A stretch of 64,000 nucleotides of DNA, from assembly GCA_963818645.1 (NCBI GenBank), contig CAWFTF010000008.1, positions 36,197 through 100,196 on the forward strand, in the 5' to 3' direction. Positions 48,349 through 58,277 of this stretch are shown in pieces (the stretch's first letter is position 1; each line of letters opens with the position of its first letter). Below the pieces are notes generated by a model, which saw only the letters and a list, made by a program, of their open reading frames with translations, ran no database searches and was not told where the DNA came from. The translations under genes and the position numbers were made by a program. This stretch comes from an uncultured Acidobacteriota bacterium (GTDB taxonomy: Bacteria > Acidobacteriota > Vicinamibacteria > Vicinamibacterales > UBA2999).

Positions 48349-48624
48349 CTAGGTCCGTACCATGAACAGCACGAGCACAGCGGACGCGACGGCGAAGATC
48401 ACCATCGGAGCGTGTTCGACACTCTGATCGCGCGCCGCCTTGTAGATCAGGGTCGACATGTTCTCGATGTCCGCGCCGACGCCGCCGATCTGTGAAGAGC
48501 TCGGAACCGTGGTCACCAGGCGTTCGACACGCTCTCGTACGCGCTCGTCAATCGACACGAGTGCCACCAGCAGTATCAGAACTGCTCCGAGAGAAATCAG
48601 GGCGTCGCTCACTACGCGTCGCAT
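48349..48624 (-). CDS. Small membrane protein (two TM helices) of unknown function
   Basis: Start taken at MRRVVSDALISLGAVLILLVALV (ATG 48624). C-terminal helix MVIFAVASAVLVLFMV. Its stop lies 1 nt before the receiver-like gene start. Confidence 0.55.
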   Translation of the reverse strand: MRRVVSDALISLGAVLILLVALVSIDERVRERVERLVTTVPSSSQIGGVGADIENMSTLIYKAARDQSVEHAPMVIFAVASAVLVLFMVRT

Positions 48625-49008
48625 CGTCTTTTTACCCTTGGTGACACTCAGACCTTCCCTCCTCACGCAAGTGCCGTTCCGCACCTGCTGAATAGCGCCA
48701 ACACGCTGTCTCTTCGTCACTTGATGTAGAAGGCTTGCGGAAGACGAGGCCAGGCCCACACACGGATTTCGTCTGCGCGTTTACAGATCCGCTGCAACGG
48801 TGCCGCGCATGGGCAAGCGTTGACAACGCTTCGTCTCAATCCACCAGACACCCGTCAGGTACGGGAATCGATTGTTCGCTTACGAAGCTGGAGCTCGACA
48901 GCGACCTGGAGGAGTGTCGACTCGTGCAACGACCATGCGGTGTGAACGCGGTCAAGTCGTTGCGACACCTGCACTTCAACCTCACTTCGCATGCCTCGTT
49001 TGTGCTGC

Positions 49009-49024
49009 TGGCATCGCCGTTGCG
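49009..49024 (+). promoter_or_regulatory. Candidate sigma54 (-24/-12) promoter upstream of flp1
   Basis: TGGCATcgccgTTGCG matches TGGCAC-N5-TTGCW in the GG and GC elements with correct spacing. It lies about 105 nt upstream of ATG 49128. Confidence 0.35.
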
Positions 49025-49127
49025 CTTAGTGAGGCTGTGGTCGCGGTCACGCCGTATCACAGTGGCCGCTTTCGGAACATTGGCGCATGCGGATCGGGCA
49101 ACCGATCGCATCAAGGAAAGGGATCGT

Positions 49128-49319
49128 ATGAACTTCATTGCTCGTTTGCGCGCGTTGCTTCGCGACACCTCTGGTCAGGACCTGTTGGAATACGCGCTCC
49201 TCGTGGCGCTCATCGCGCTCGTTTGCGTTGCGGTGATCACGTCGACGGGAACGAACGTGCAGAGCATCTTCACGAAGATTTCGACTGCACTGTCGACTGC
49301 TGCGACGCCGACCCCCTAA
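49128..49319 (+). CDS. flp: Flp family type IVb pilin
   Basis: 63 aa. AAGGAAAGGG upstream. Flp motif SGQDLLEYALLVALIALV. Confidence 0.9.
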   Translation: MNFIARLRALLRDTSGQDLLEYALLVALIALVCVAVITSTGTNVQSIFTKISTALSTAATPTP

Positions 49320-49353
49320 ACAGGGCGCAGGTATCGATGGCTGATCAGACGAA

Positions 49354-49378
49354 GGGCGGGCAGAACGTAAGCCCGCCC
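49354..49378 (+). terminator. Intercistronic hairpin (possible attenuating terminator) after flp1
   Basis: gggcggg-cagaacgtaag-cccgccc forms a 7-bp GC stem. There is no strong T-tract. Confidence 0.4.
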
Positions 49379-49414
49379 TCTCGTTCACTGGAAAGGACGG
49401 ACGAAGAGAGGGCG

Positions 49415-49612
49415 ATGAACATGATGCGAAATGCTGTTGACCTCCTGTTGAAGTCGTCCGTTCTGATCGAGGAATCCGGACAGGATCTGCTCGAGTACGC
49501 ACTACTCGTCGCGCTCATCGCGCTCGTCGCGGTCGGTGCTGTCACGACGGTCGGCACGACCATCAACACCGTGTTCTGGACCTACATTTCTGGAGTCATG
49601 AGTGCCATCTGA
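49415..49612 (+). CDS. flp: Flp family type IVb pilin (second copy)
   Basis: 65 aa. SGQDLLEYALLVALIALVAV. Start at MNMMRNAV (ATG 49415). Confidence 0.85.
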   Translation: MNMMRNAVDLLLKSSVLIEESGQDLLEYALLVALIALVAVGAVTTVGTTINTVFWTYISGVMSAI

Positions 49613-50105
49613 AGCTATCGCCCTCACGATTGTCACTGCCGGCACGGGCCTGGCGGCGGTGATCGATCTCCGCACGCGGAGAATCCCGAACGCGCTGACA
49701 GGTGCGCTTGCGATGGCCGGCCTGAGTATCGCCGCCGCCAAGCTCGGACCGATCGGCCTCGGCGGCGCCTTGCTCGGATGCGCTCTTGGACTCGCGTTCA
49801 TGTTGCCTGGCCATATCTTCGGAGCGACTGGTGCCGGCGACGTCAAGCTCTTTGCCGCAGCGGGCGCCCTGCTCGGCCCCGCGACGACGGTTCAGGCATT
49901 CCTGTACACCGCCATCGTAGGAGGCGTCCTCGCGGTAGCCATTGCGATCCGTCGCCGCCGCCTTGGTCGCACGCTGGGTGCCACCGCGTGCCTGGTCACG
50001 GACCGGAATGCCGGTGTGGCCGCGATTGAGTCGCCCGAGGCCGACAACCGTTTTGCGTATGCACCGGCGATCGCCGTCGGCGTTGTCATCGCGGCCTTGC
50101 TGTGA
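49602..50105 (+). CDS. cpaA: Prepilin peptidase, A24 family (CpaA/TadV)
   Basis: Polytopic, with two Asp motifs (IDLRTRRIPN and GAGDVKLFAA). The GTG start overlaps the flp2 end. Confidence 0.85.
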   Translation: MPSEAIALTIVTAGTGLAAVIDLRTRRIPNALTGALAMAGLSIAAAKLGPIGLGGALLGCALGLAFMLPGHIFGATGAGDVKLFAAAGALLGPATTVQAFLYTAIVGGVLAVAIAIRRRRLGRTLGATACLVTDRNAGVAAIESPEADNRFAYAPAIAVGVVIAALL

Positions 50106-50122
50106 CCTGGAAGGACAGACCA

Positions 50123-50575
50123 ATGCCGAGACTTTCCCAACGCGTCCGGAGTCAGCGAGGCGCCGCCCTCCTCGAGATGGCGCTGACGCTCCCGCTGCTG
50201 CTCCTGGTGTGCGTCGGCATTCTGGAGTTCGGCCGCGCGTATCAGACCTGGCAGGTCATCACGAATGCCGCGCGTGAGGGCGCCAGAATCGCCGTCCTCC
50301 CGGGTATGGACGATACGGCGGTGCGAAGCCGGGTGCAGCAGTACATGACCATCGGTCAGCTGCCTCAAGCCGCCAGCGCAACGATTGCGATCGACCGCAA
50401 TCAGACGGTCTCAGTTGGGGGAACGGACACCGCCTCGGCGTCTCAGGTCATCGTGAACTACCCGTTTGACTTCGTCGTACTCGACCCGATTGCCCGCCTT
50501 GCCACCGGTCAGGGAAGCGGTACGCCTTCTTCTTTGAACATGGTGGCGACAGCCACCATGCGTAACGAATCGTAG
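50123..50575 (+). CDS. tadE: TadE-like pseudopilin/assembly protein
   Basis: SQRGAALLEMALTLPLLLLVCVGILEFGR is the TadE N-terminal motif. Alternative GTG start at 50102 overlaps the cpaA stop. Confidence 0.8.
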   Translation: MPRLSQRVRSQRGAALLEMALTLPLLLLVCVGILEFGRAYQTWQVITNAAREGARIAVLPGMDDTAVRSRVQQYMTIGQLPQAASATIAIDRNQTVSVGGTDTASASQVIVNYPFDFVVLDPIARLATGQGSGTPSSLNMVATATMRNES

Positions 50576-50595
50576 CAACAGGGAGCTCGCCACAT

Positions 50596-51441
50596 ATGGC
50601 TCGCATGCGTGTTTTCATCGTTCTGGCACTGGCAATCGCGGCCGGTGGCACCTTCGCGTTCGGCACGTATCGCTACATGCAGAACGTACCTACTCAAACC
50701 GTGAGTGTGCCGACGAGCGGTGTCGTGGTGGCTGCTGCGGACCTCCAGCTTGGCACTGAGTTGCGGCAAGAAGACCTGCACGTCATCCAGTGGCCAGCCA
50801 CAGCGGTTCCCGAGGGTGCGTTCACCAAGCCAGAGGAACTGGTTGGCCGTGGCCTCATTCAGCCCATTGCCACCAACGAACTGTTCCTGCCCAGCAAGCT
50901 CGCACCGAAGGAAGCCGGCGCCGGTCTTCCGCCGGTGATCGCGCCGGGATACCGCGCCCTGTCGGTTCGCGTCAACGATGTCATCGGTGTGGCCGGATAC
51001 GTGCTGCCTGGTAACCGCGTCGACGTGGTGGCGACAGTGAACCCGACGCAGCAGCCCACTGACGTGACGTCGAAGGTGGTCCTCACGAACGTGCTGGTGC
51101 TGGCCTCCGGCACCAAGATCGAACGCGACGCCAAAGACAACAAACCGATTTCGGTCAATGTGGTCACGATGCTCGTGAACCCGGAAGAAGCCGAGCGGCT
51201 GACGCTCGCCAGCACAGAAGGAAAGATTCAGCTGGCGCTGCGCAATCCCCTGGATCAAACGACGCCGCCGACGCCGGGCATTCGTCCCGCCGCGTTGATG
51301 GGCTCGGCAGGCTCGGCGCCTGTGCGAAGAGTGGCGAGCAATGGCAGCGCCCCGCGGGTGGACGTCAAGCCCGCGCCCGTTCCGACCGTCGAGATCATCC
51401 GTGGTGACAAACGGGCACAGGAAGTTGTGACCCAGGAGTAG
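50596..51441 (+). CDS. cpaB: Flp pilus assembly protein CpaB/RcpC
   Basis: N-terminal TM helix, SAF-like domain (VVVAAADLQLGTELRQEDL), RcpC-like C-terminal region. Confidence 0.85.
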   Translation: MARMRVFIVLALAIAAGGTFAFGTYRYMQNVPTQTVSVPTSGVVVAAADLQLGTELRQEDLHVIQWPATAVPEGAFTKPEELVGRGLIQPIATNELFLPSKLAPKEAGAGLPPVIAPGYRALSVRVNDVIGVAGYVLPGNRVDVVATVNPTQQPTDVTSKVVLTNVLVLASGTKIERDAKDNKPISVNVVTMLVNPEEAERLTLASTEGKIQLALRNPLDQTTPPTPGIRPAALMGSAGSAPVRRVASNGSAPRVDVKPAPVPTVEIIRGDKRAQEVVTQE

Positions 51442-51445
51442 TGAG

Positions 51446-53567
51446 ATGCGAATGACACGGCACACAGCACGGATCGCCGCGTGCGGCGTCCACATGTTCA
51501 TCATCGGGGTGTTTGGCACCCACGCGACCTTCGCACAGGTGCAGCCGAGCCCTCGGTTGGGCTCGAGCGCCCAGACACCTGCTGCGCTGCCGTCGGCGTC
51601 GGCGCCAGTTATCGAGAGCACCGACGCGAAGGCGGTCGAGTTGCTGGTCGGGCGTTCGGCGCTCGTCGACATCGGCACGCCGATCGCGCGCGTGTCGTTG
51701 ACCAGTGCCGACATCGCCGACGCGCTCGTCACGGGCCAAAGTCAGTTGCTCGTGCACGGCAAGACGCCCGGCTCCATCTCCATGTTCGTCTGGGATCGGG
51801 CCGGCGCAGTGAAGCGATACGAGATCGCTGTGCAGCGCGACCTTGCACGCCTGAACGATCAGATGAGGGAGCTCTTCCCCGGTGAAAGCATCCAGGCGCG
51901 GAGCAACGGTAAGGCAGTGGTGCTGTCCGGGAAGGTCACGAGCAAGGAGGTCGCGGACAAGGCGGTCGCGGTTGCTGCCGGCTACGTCGACAAGCCGGCA
52001 GACGTGACGACGCTACTGCAAGTGCAGCCGGGACCGCGAAGCAACCAGGTGCTGCTGCGTGTCCGGTTCGCTGAGGTCAGCCGCTCGGCGATGTCCGAGT
52101 ACGGCATGTCGCTGTTTACCGGCCCGACTGGTATCAACAACACAATCGGCCGCGCGACGACGCAGCAGTACCCCGCGCCCGCTTACACCGACCTGGCGTG
52201 GCAGAAGGCGGGCTCCGATTTCGGCTCCGACGTGACGAAGGCAGAAGGCAAGCTCGCCTTCAGTGATTTCCTGAACGTGTTTCTGCTGAACCAGAAATAC
52301 GACCTCGGCGTGCTCATCAAGGCGTTGCAGAACAAGGGGCTGTTTCAGAGCCTGGCCGAACCGAACCTCGTGGCCGAAAGTGGCAAGGAAGCGAGCTTCC
52401 TGGCCGGCGGTGAGTTCCCGGTTCCGATCGCGCAGGGTTCAGGCGCGAACATCGGCGTATCGGTGCAGTTCAAGGAGTTCGGCATCCGCCTCAACTTCAC
52501 GCCGACCGTCGTGGGCGATCGTGTCCACCTCAAGGTTCGTCCCGAAGTCAGCACGCTCGACTACGGCAACGCGGTTCTCCTGAGCGGATTCCGCATCCCC
52601 TCGCTTTCGACTCGCCGCGCCGAGACCGAGCTCGAGCTGCAGAGCGGCCAGACGTTTGCCATCGCCGGTCTGATGAGCAACCAGATGCAGACGACGATGC
52701 AGAAGATTCCTGGCATCGGCGACATTCCGATCCTCGGCTACATGTTCAAGAGCAAGGCGTCGAAGCGCGATCAGACGGAACTCGTCGTGATGATTACGCC
52801 GGAGATTCTGCCGAACAATTCGCCGGGCGTGACGCCGTCGCTTCCGAATTACCCGGATACGTTCATGCCGCCGCTGTCGGATCTGAAGAAGACGTATCCC
52901 GCTCCGGCGCCCGCGTTCACCGAGTCGTCACGGTCGCAGGCGGCGAATCCGGCAGCAGCGCCCGTTGCGGACAACCGCACCGAGGTCGAGCGCGCACAGG
53001 ATCGGGCACTCGCAACGCTCGACGGTCAGAGCCCAACGCCAGCCGCGGCCGCCGTTGCCGCCGCGCCCGCAGCAGGCGAGCCCCGTCGTGGCTCCGCCCG
53101 TTGCAGCGCAGGCTCCAGCGGCGCAGGTAACGGAGCAGGCAACGGATCCGGCGGTCTCGCAGCAGGCCGACGCCGATGTCGCCGAATTGTCGAAGGAACA
53201 GCGTCAGCTCGAGAAGGCCGCACGCGAACAGGCTGAGCGTGATGCGAAGGCTGCCGACAAGGCGCGGAAGGAAGAAGCGAAGCGGGCCGCTGCAGCGCAG
53301 GCGAAGCAGGACGAGCTCGATCGCGAGCAGGCCAAGAAGGATGCGAAAGCCGCCAAGGTTCAGGCGAAGAAAGACGCCGAAGCGGCCAAGCTCCAGGCCA
53401 AGGCCGTCAAGGAAGCCGAGGCAACGGCGCAGCGTCAGATGCTCGACGCCAGGCGCGAAGCCGAGCGGGAAGCCGAGCGGCAACGAGCGATCGATGCCGC
53501 GGCCGAGCGACTGCGCACTGCCGAAGCGGAATATCAGGCCGAGTTGGAGCGACGCACGCAGCGCTGA
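51446..53567 (+). CDS. cpaC: Secretin CpaC/RcpA with a C-terminal Ala/Lys/Glu-rich coiled-coil extension. Apparent +1 frameshift in the cccc run at 53081-53084.
   Basis: GGEFPVP, QTFAIAGLM, IPGIGDIPILGYMFKS, ELVVMITPEIL. After the shift ORF 52965..53567 continues PVVAPPVAAQ...SKEQRQLEKAAREQAERDAKAADKARKEEAKRAAAAQAK... Confidence 0.8.
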
Positions 53568-53640
53568 ACGTTGCCCGAGTTTGCCGAGTCAGGACTGAGC
53601 CGCGGCGGGTTGTGAGGCCCGCCGTCGCAATGGAGCGCAC

Positions 53641-54807
53641 ATGATGAGAAGCCGTTTTGAACATTTGCGACGCGACGAACGAGGGATGTCGTTCGTCTGG
53701 GTCGGGATGGGCTTCATGACGTTCTTTGCCGCGTCAACGCTGGCCATCGACGTCGGCATGTACATGACGGCGCGGTCGCAGGCACAGAACGCCGCCGATG
53801 CCGGGGCGCTCGCAGGCGCAACGGCGCTCGTCTTCAACGACTACGACGACCGATCCGCCGGCGGCCCCGTGGTCCGCAGCGCAATAACCACGGCGGAATC
53901 CAATCTCGTGATCAAGAACACCGTCTCCGTGCAGACGGGAGACGTCACCTTCCCGCTCGGGCCGACTGGTTTGGACAACCGGGTGCAGGTGAACGTGTTT
54001 CGGACCACCAACCGGAGCAACCCCGTCGCGACGCTCATCGGGCCCGTGTTTGGCATCAACACCATCGACATCGGCGCCACGGCGACGGCAGAAGCGTCTC
54101 CGGCGAACGCCGTCGAGTGCGCGAAACCGTTCACCGTTCCAGATCGCTGGAAAGAGAACTCCATTCCGCCCAACGGGACCTTTGAGCGATACGACAACAA
54201 GGGCGATCTCCTCCCGAATGCTGACGAGTACTTTCCCCCAGGCACGCCTGGGCACGCGATGTATGGCTACTCCGACGCGTTGCCGCCAAGCGGAGACAGA
54301 GGGGTGGTGTTGACGCTTCGTGCCGGCACCGGCAACAACATCGAGCCGAGCTTCTATTTCTCGTGGGTCATGCCGGGCGGGGAAATTGGAGGCGATTTCT
54401 ACCGGGAGAACATCGCCAACTGCAATAAGGGGCAGCTGGGTCGTGGGTTGGACTTCACACAAGAGCCGGGAAACAAAGTGGGCGAGACGAACCAGGGGAT
54501 TGACGATCTGATGGCCAAAGATCCACTGGCGTACTACGACACGACGCGCAAGAAGGTGGTCAGCCCGAACAGCCCGAGCCCGCGGGTTTTCCCAATTCCC
54601 TTGTTCGACCCCGACTACTACCAGAACGGCATTACGCACGGCCGCAACGCCTCGCTGAGGATCGTGGACTATCTCGGCTTCTTTCTCGAGGGACGCAGCG
54701 GCAACAACGTGTATGGCCGGATCGTGCCGTACCTCGGCGTCGTCAATGACTCCGCCGGGCCCGCACCGGCGGACTCGTTCCCGAAAGCTATACGACTGGT
54801 GCAATAG
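53641..54807 (+). CDS. tadG: TadG-like pilus assembly protein
   Basis: N-terminal ERGMSFVWVGMGFMTFFAASTLAIDVGMYMTARSQAQNAADAGALAGA is the Tad N-terminal motif. 388 aa. Confidence 0.75.
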   Translation: MMRSRFEHLRRDERGMSFVWVGMGFMTFFAASTLAIDVGMYMTARSQAQNAADAGALAGATALVFNDYDDRSAGGPVVRSAITTAESNLVIKNTVSVQTGDVTFPLGPTGLDNRVQVNVFRTTNRSNPVATLIGPVFGINTIDIGATATAEASPANAVECAKPFTVPDRWKENSIPPNGTFERYDNKGDLLPNADEYFPPGTPGHAMYGYSDALPPSGDRGVVLTLRAGTGNNIEPSFYFSWVMPGGEIGGDFYRENIANCNKGQLGRGLDFTQEPGNKVGETNQGIDDLMAKDPLAYYDTTRKKVVSPNSPSPRVFPIPLFDPDYYQNGITHGRNASLRIVDYLGFFLEGRSGNNVYGRIVPYLGVVNDSAGPAPADSFPKAIRLVQ

Positions 54808-54809
54808 AC

Positions 54810-55979
54810 ATGGCGCGACTGACAGGCTCCCTCTACACCCCCGACGACTCGTTTCGAACCGACGTAGCGACGTTGCTACGAACGACATCGGTGCAGGTCT
54901 CGCTTGGCGACGAGCGATCGGCCCGCACGGGCGCGCCTCCCGACATCATCTTCGTCGATGGCCGCGTGGACCTCGACGGATCGTTGGATGCGGTTCAGCG
55001 TCTGCGCGCCGAGCACCCGGTGGCCGTCATCCTGTTCATGGCGGCGGAAGCGAATCCGGACCTGATCCTGCACGCGATGCGTGCGGGCGCCAACGAGTTC
55101 TTCGCGTGGCCTCCATCGCGCAGCGCTCTCGACGAGGCGCTGCAACGGGCGGCGGCGAGGCGCGCCACGTCCCCATCAGGGGGACCGGAGTCGACCACGA
55201 TCGTGTTCTTCGGCGCCAAAGGGGGCGCCGGCACGACGACGATCGCCGTCAACTGCGGCGTGGATATCGCGCGCCTGCGCAAGCGGCCGACACTGATTGT
55301 CGATCTGAAGCCCGGGCTGGGCGAGGTCACGCTCTTCCTCGGCGTCCGCAGCCGTTACACGCTGCTCGACGCGCTGGACAACCTCCATCGACTGGACAGC
55401 GAGTTCATGCGGGAGCTCGTCGTCAAGCACAAATCAGGGCTCGAGATCCTTGCCGGCTCCGATCTGTTTGACAGGCCTGGCGGCAGCGACAGCGCCGCAC
55501 TGGAGGAGATCTTCCGGATCCTCGGCCGTCAGTACGAATACATCCTCGTTGACGCCGGCTCGCAGTTGAATGCGCCGGCGGTCGCGGGTCTGTACACGGC
55601 CGATCAGATCTGCCTGATCGCGTCTCCCGACGTGCCGTCCGTGCGAAATGCCCAGCGGCTGCTCGATCGCATTGGGCAGCTCGGGACTTCGGGCGGACGC
55701 GTCCGCCTGCTCTTGAACCGCGCCGCGGAACCTTACCCGATTCCGCCCGCCCAGATCGAGAAGGCGATCGGACTTCCAATCTTCCAGACGTTCCTGAGCG
55801 ATTACAAGACGGTCTCGACGGCGCTCAATTCGGGCGTCCCGATCGCGCTCGCGGGGAACAGCGAGCTGGCGTCGCAGTTCGACCAGTTCTCCAAACAGAT
55901 CGTGGATCCCGGTGGAGCCGAGGAACTTCCGGTTAAACGCTCGTCGCTCGGCCTCCAGCGACTGGCTTCGATGTGGTAA
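54810..55979 (+). CDS. cpaE: CpaE/TadZ-like pilus localisation ATPase (receiver-like N-domain plus MinD/ParA domain)
   Basis: Receiver-like N-terminal region of about 120 aa. Deviant Walker A FFGAKGGAGTTTIA, then LVDAG. Confidence 0.85.
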   Translation: MARLTGSLYTPDDSFRTDVATLLRTTSVQVSLGDERSARTGAPPDIIFVDGRVDLDGSLDAVQRLRAEHPVAVILFMAAEANPDLILHAMRAGANEFFAWPPSRSALDEALQRAAARRATSPSGGPESTTIVFFGAKGGAGTTTIAVNCGVDIARLRKRPTLIVDLKPGLGEVTLFLGVRSRYTLLDALDNLHRLDSEFMRELVVKHKSGLEILAGSDLFDRPGGSDSAALEEIFRILGRQYEYILVDAGSQLNAPAVAGLYTADQICLIASPDVPSVRNAQRLLDRIGQLGTSGGRVRLLLNRAAEPYPIPPAQIEKAIGLPIFQTFLSDYKTVSTALNSGVPIALAGNSELASQFDQFSKQIVDPGGAEELPVKRSSLGLQRLASMW

Positions 55980-55985
55980 CCGATC

Positions 55986-57320
55986 ATGCGTAGTGCTGCT
56001 GCCCCCAACATTGCTGCCGCTGCCTCTCCGGTTCAGGCGACTGTTCGACATCAGTATCTCGAGCTGCGCGCCAGCGTCCATCGCAAGCTGCTCGGTAGAT
56101 TGAACCTCGAAGCGCTCGCGCATGTGGAGCGTGCCAAAGCGGAAAGCGAAATCCGTACGCTGCTCGCGCAGTTGCTGTCGGAGGAATCGACTCCGCTCAG
56201 CCTGGCGGAGCGGGAAACCCTGTTTGCCGAGGTCCTCGACGACGTGTTCGGTCTCGGTCCCCTCGAGCCGCTGCTGCGGGATCCGACGATCAGCGACATT
56301 CTGGTCAACACGTATCGAAACGTGTTCGTGGAGCGCCGCGGCGTACTCGAACGTGTCACGGCCACGTTCCAGGACGATGCCCATCTGCTTCGCGTCATCG
56401 ACCGGATCGTGAGCCGGATCGGCCGCCGCGTCGATGACAGCTCGCCGATGGTCGATGCCCGTCTGGCCGACGGCTCTCGTGTGAACGCCATCATTCCGCC
56501 GCTGGCGGTCGATGGTCCGCTGATGTCGATTCGCCGATTCCCGGCAGAGCGTCTCAAGGCCGACGACCTCGTGACTCTGGGTGCGTTGACCAAGCCGATG
56601 CTCGACTTTCTGTCGCATTGCGTGCGCGGACACCTCAACTGCATCATCAGCGGCGGCACCGGCGCCGGCAAGACGACGTTGTTGAACGTGCTCTCGAGCT
56701 TCATCTCGTCGCGCGAGCGCATCGTGACGATCGAGGACGCCGCCGAGCTGCAGCTCCATCAGGAGCATGTCGCCCGGCTCGAAACGCGCCCGCCCAACGT
56801 CGAAGGCAAGGGCGCCATTCGTCAGCGGCAGCTCGTGGTCAATGCGCTGCGTATGCGCCCCGACCGCATCGTCGTGGGTGAGGTTCGCAGCGAGGAAGCG
56901 CTCGACATGCTTCAGGCGATGAACACCGGTCACGACGGATCGCTGACCACGGTCCATGCCAACACGCCGCGCGACGCGCTGACCCGTATCGAGACGATGA
57001 TCGCCATGGGCGGCACGACGCTGCCCGACAAGGCGATGCGGCAGCAGATCGCGTCCGCCATTCACCTGGTCGTCCAGCAGACGCGGTTGGCCGATGGCAC
57101 CCGCAAAGTCACCAGCATCTCGGAGATCACGGGCATGGAAGGTGACGTGATCACGATGCAGGAGGTCTTCGTGTTCGAGAAGGCCGGCCTCAACAAAGAT
57201 GGGAAAGTCGTGGGACGTTTCCGCGCGACCGGCGTGCGGCCCAAGTGTGCGGAGCGACTCAAGGCCGCGGGCATCCTTCTGCCAACGGAAATGTTCGAAG
57301 GCATCACGGAGGTTCGGTGA
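55986..57320 (+). CDS. cpaF: CpaF/TadA secretion ATPase
   Basis: Walker [10 protein letters not shown], Walker [37 protein letters not shown]. Confidence 0.95.
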   Translation: MRSAAAPNIAAAASPVQATVRHQYLELRASVHRKLLGRLNLEALAHVERAKAESEIRTLLAQLLSEESTPLSLAERETLFAEVLDDVFGLGPLEPLLRDPTISDILVNTYRNVFVERRGVLERVTATFQDDAHLLRVIDRIVSRIGRRVDDSSPMVDARLADGSRVNAIIPPLAVDGPLMSIRRFPAERLKADDLVTLGALTKPMLDFLSHCVRGHLNCIISGGTGAGKTTLLNVLSSFISSRERIVTIEDAAELQLHQEHVARLETRPPNVEGKGAIRQRQLVVNALRMRPDRIVVGEVRSEEALDMLQAMNTGHDGSLTTVHANTPRDALTRIETMIAMGGTTLPDKAMRQQIASAIHLVVQQTRLADGTRKVTSISEITGMEGDVITMQEVFVFEKAGLNKDGKVVGRFRATGVRPKCAERLKAAGILLPTEMFEGITEVR

Positions 57321-58276
57321 TGCTGATTGCCTTCATTGCCTTCCTCGTCGTGACCGGACTCGTGGCCGCGGCCGGCATCGGCGCCCTGCGTCTTCCAGGG
57401 ACGCTCGCCGATCGGCGCATGGAGCGGCGGCTGCGCGAGGTCTCGGATCGGGATGACACTCCACAGACGGCGTCGTTCATTCGCGAGCGCAAGTCAGGAC
57501 CGATGCCGGCATTGGACCGTGCGTTCGGCGGCACGGGATCGCCGCTGTCGCGGCTGATCGAGCAGTCGGGCGTCGTCACGACTCCCAGCACCATCATCCT
57601 GTCCAGTATCGGGCTCAGCGTGGTGCTGGCCGTGGCCTCACTGATGTTCGTCCGGCAGCCGTTCGCCTGGGCGGGCGCGGGGCTCGTCGGCCTGGCGCTT
57701 CCGTACGGCTATCTGAGATATCGCAAAAACGCGCGCATGAAGCGATTCGAGGAGCAGTTTCCTGAGGCGCTCGACTTGCTGTCTCGAGCGATTCGCGCTG
57801 GTCATGCGTTTCAGACGGCGATGGGCATGTGCGCGGACGAATTGCCGGCACCCGTCGGCGTTGAGTTCAAGAAGAGCTTCGAGCAGCAGAACTTCGGTCT
57901 TCCACTGAAGGACACGCTGAACGAGTTGGCCGAGCGAGTGCCGCATCTGGATGTGAGGTTCTTCGTCACTGCTGTCCTGATTCAGCGAGAAACGGGCGGC
58001 AACCTGGCGGAGATTCTCGACAACCTCGCACACGTCGTCCGTGAGCGATTCAAGATTCTGCGGCAGGTCCGGGTCCACACGGCGCACGGCCGTTTCACCG
58101 GCTATGTGTTGCTGGCACTCCCGGCCTCGCTGGGTGTGGTGCTGGCGTGGATGAATCCCGAGCACATGGATCTGCTGTTCAAGGAAAAGATGGGCCAGAT
58201 GATGATCATGGGCGCCATCGTCATGCAGACGATTGGCTACTTCTGGATTCGCAAGGTCATCAAGATCGAGGTATAG
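57320..58276 (+). CDS. tadB: TadB (T2SS F-type inner-membrane platform protein)
   Basis: The ATG overlaps the cpaF stop. FPEALDLLSRAIRAGHAF is the T2SSF-domain motif. TM helices at both ends. Confidence 0.85.
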   Translation: MLIAFIAFLVVTGLVAAAGIGALRLPGTLADRRMERRLREVSDRDDTPQTASFIRERKSGPMPALDRAFGGTGSPLSRLIEQSGVVTTPSTIILSSIGLSVVLAVASLMFVRQPFAWAGAGLVGLALPYGYLRYRKNARMKRFEEQFPEALDLLSRAIRAGHAFQTAMGMCADELPAPVGVEFKKSFEQQNFGLPLKDTLNELAERVPHLDVRFFVTAVLIQRETGGNLAEILDNLAHVVRERFKILRQVRVHTAHGRFTGYVLLALPASLGVVLAWMNPEHMDLLFKEKMGQMMIMGAIVMQTIGYFWIRKVIKIEV

Positions 58277-58277
58277 C

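Noticed and set aside
50509-51732. 407-aa minus-strand ORF, and the 384-aa ORF at 53734..54888.
   Set aside because: They are antisense to cpaB/cpaC and to tadG respectively. They have no recognisable domains and Arg-rich composition.
55434-57065. 543-aa minus-strand ORF.
   Set aside because: It is entirely antisense to cpaE and cpaF, which have unambiguous ATPase motifs. It has shadow-ORF composition.
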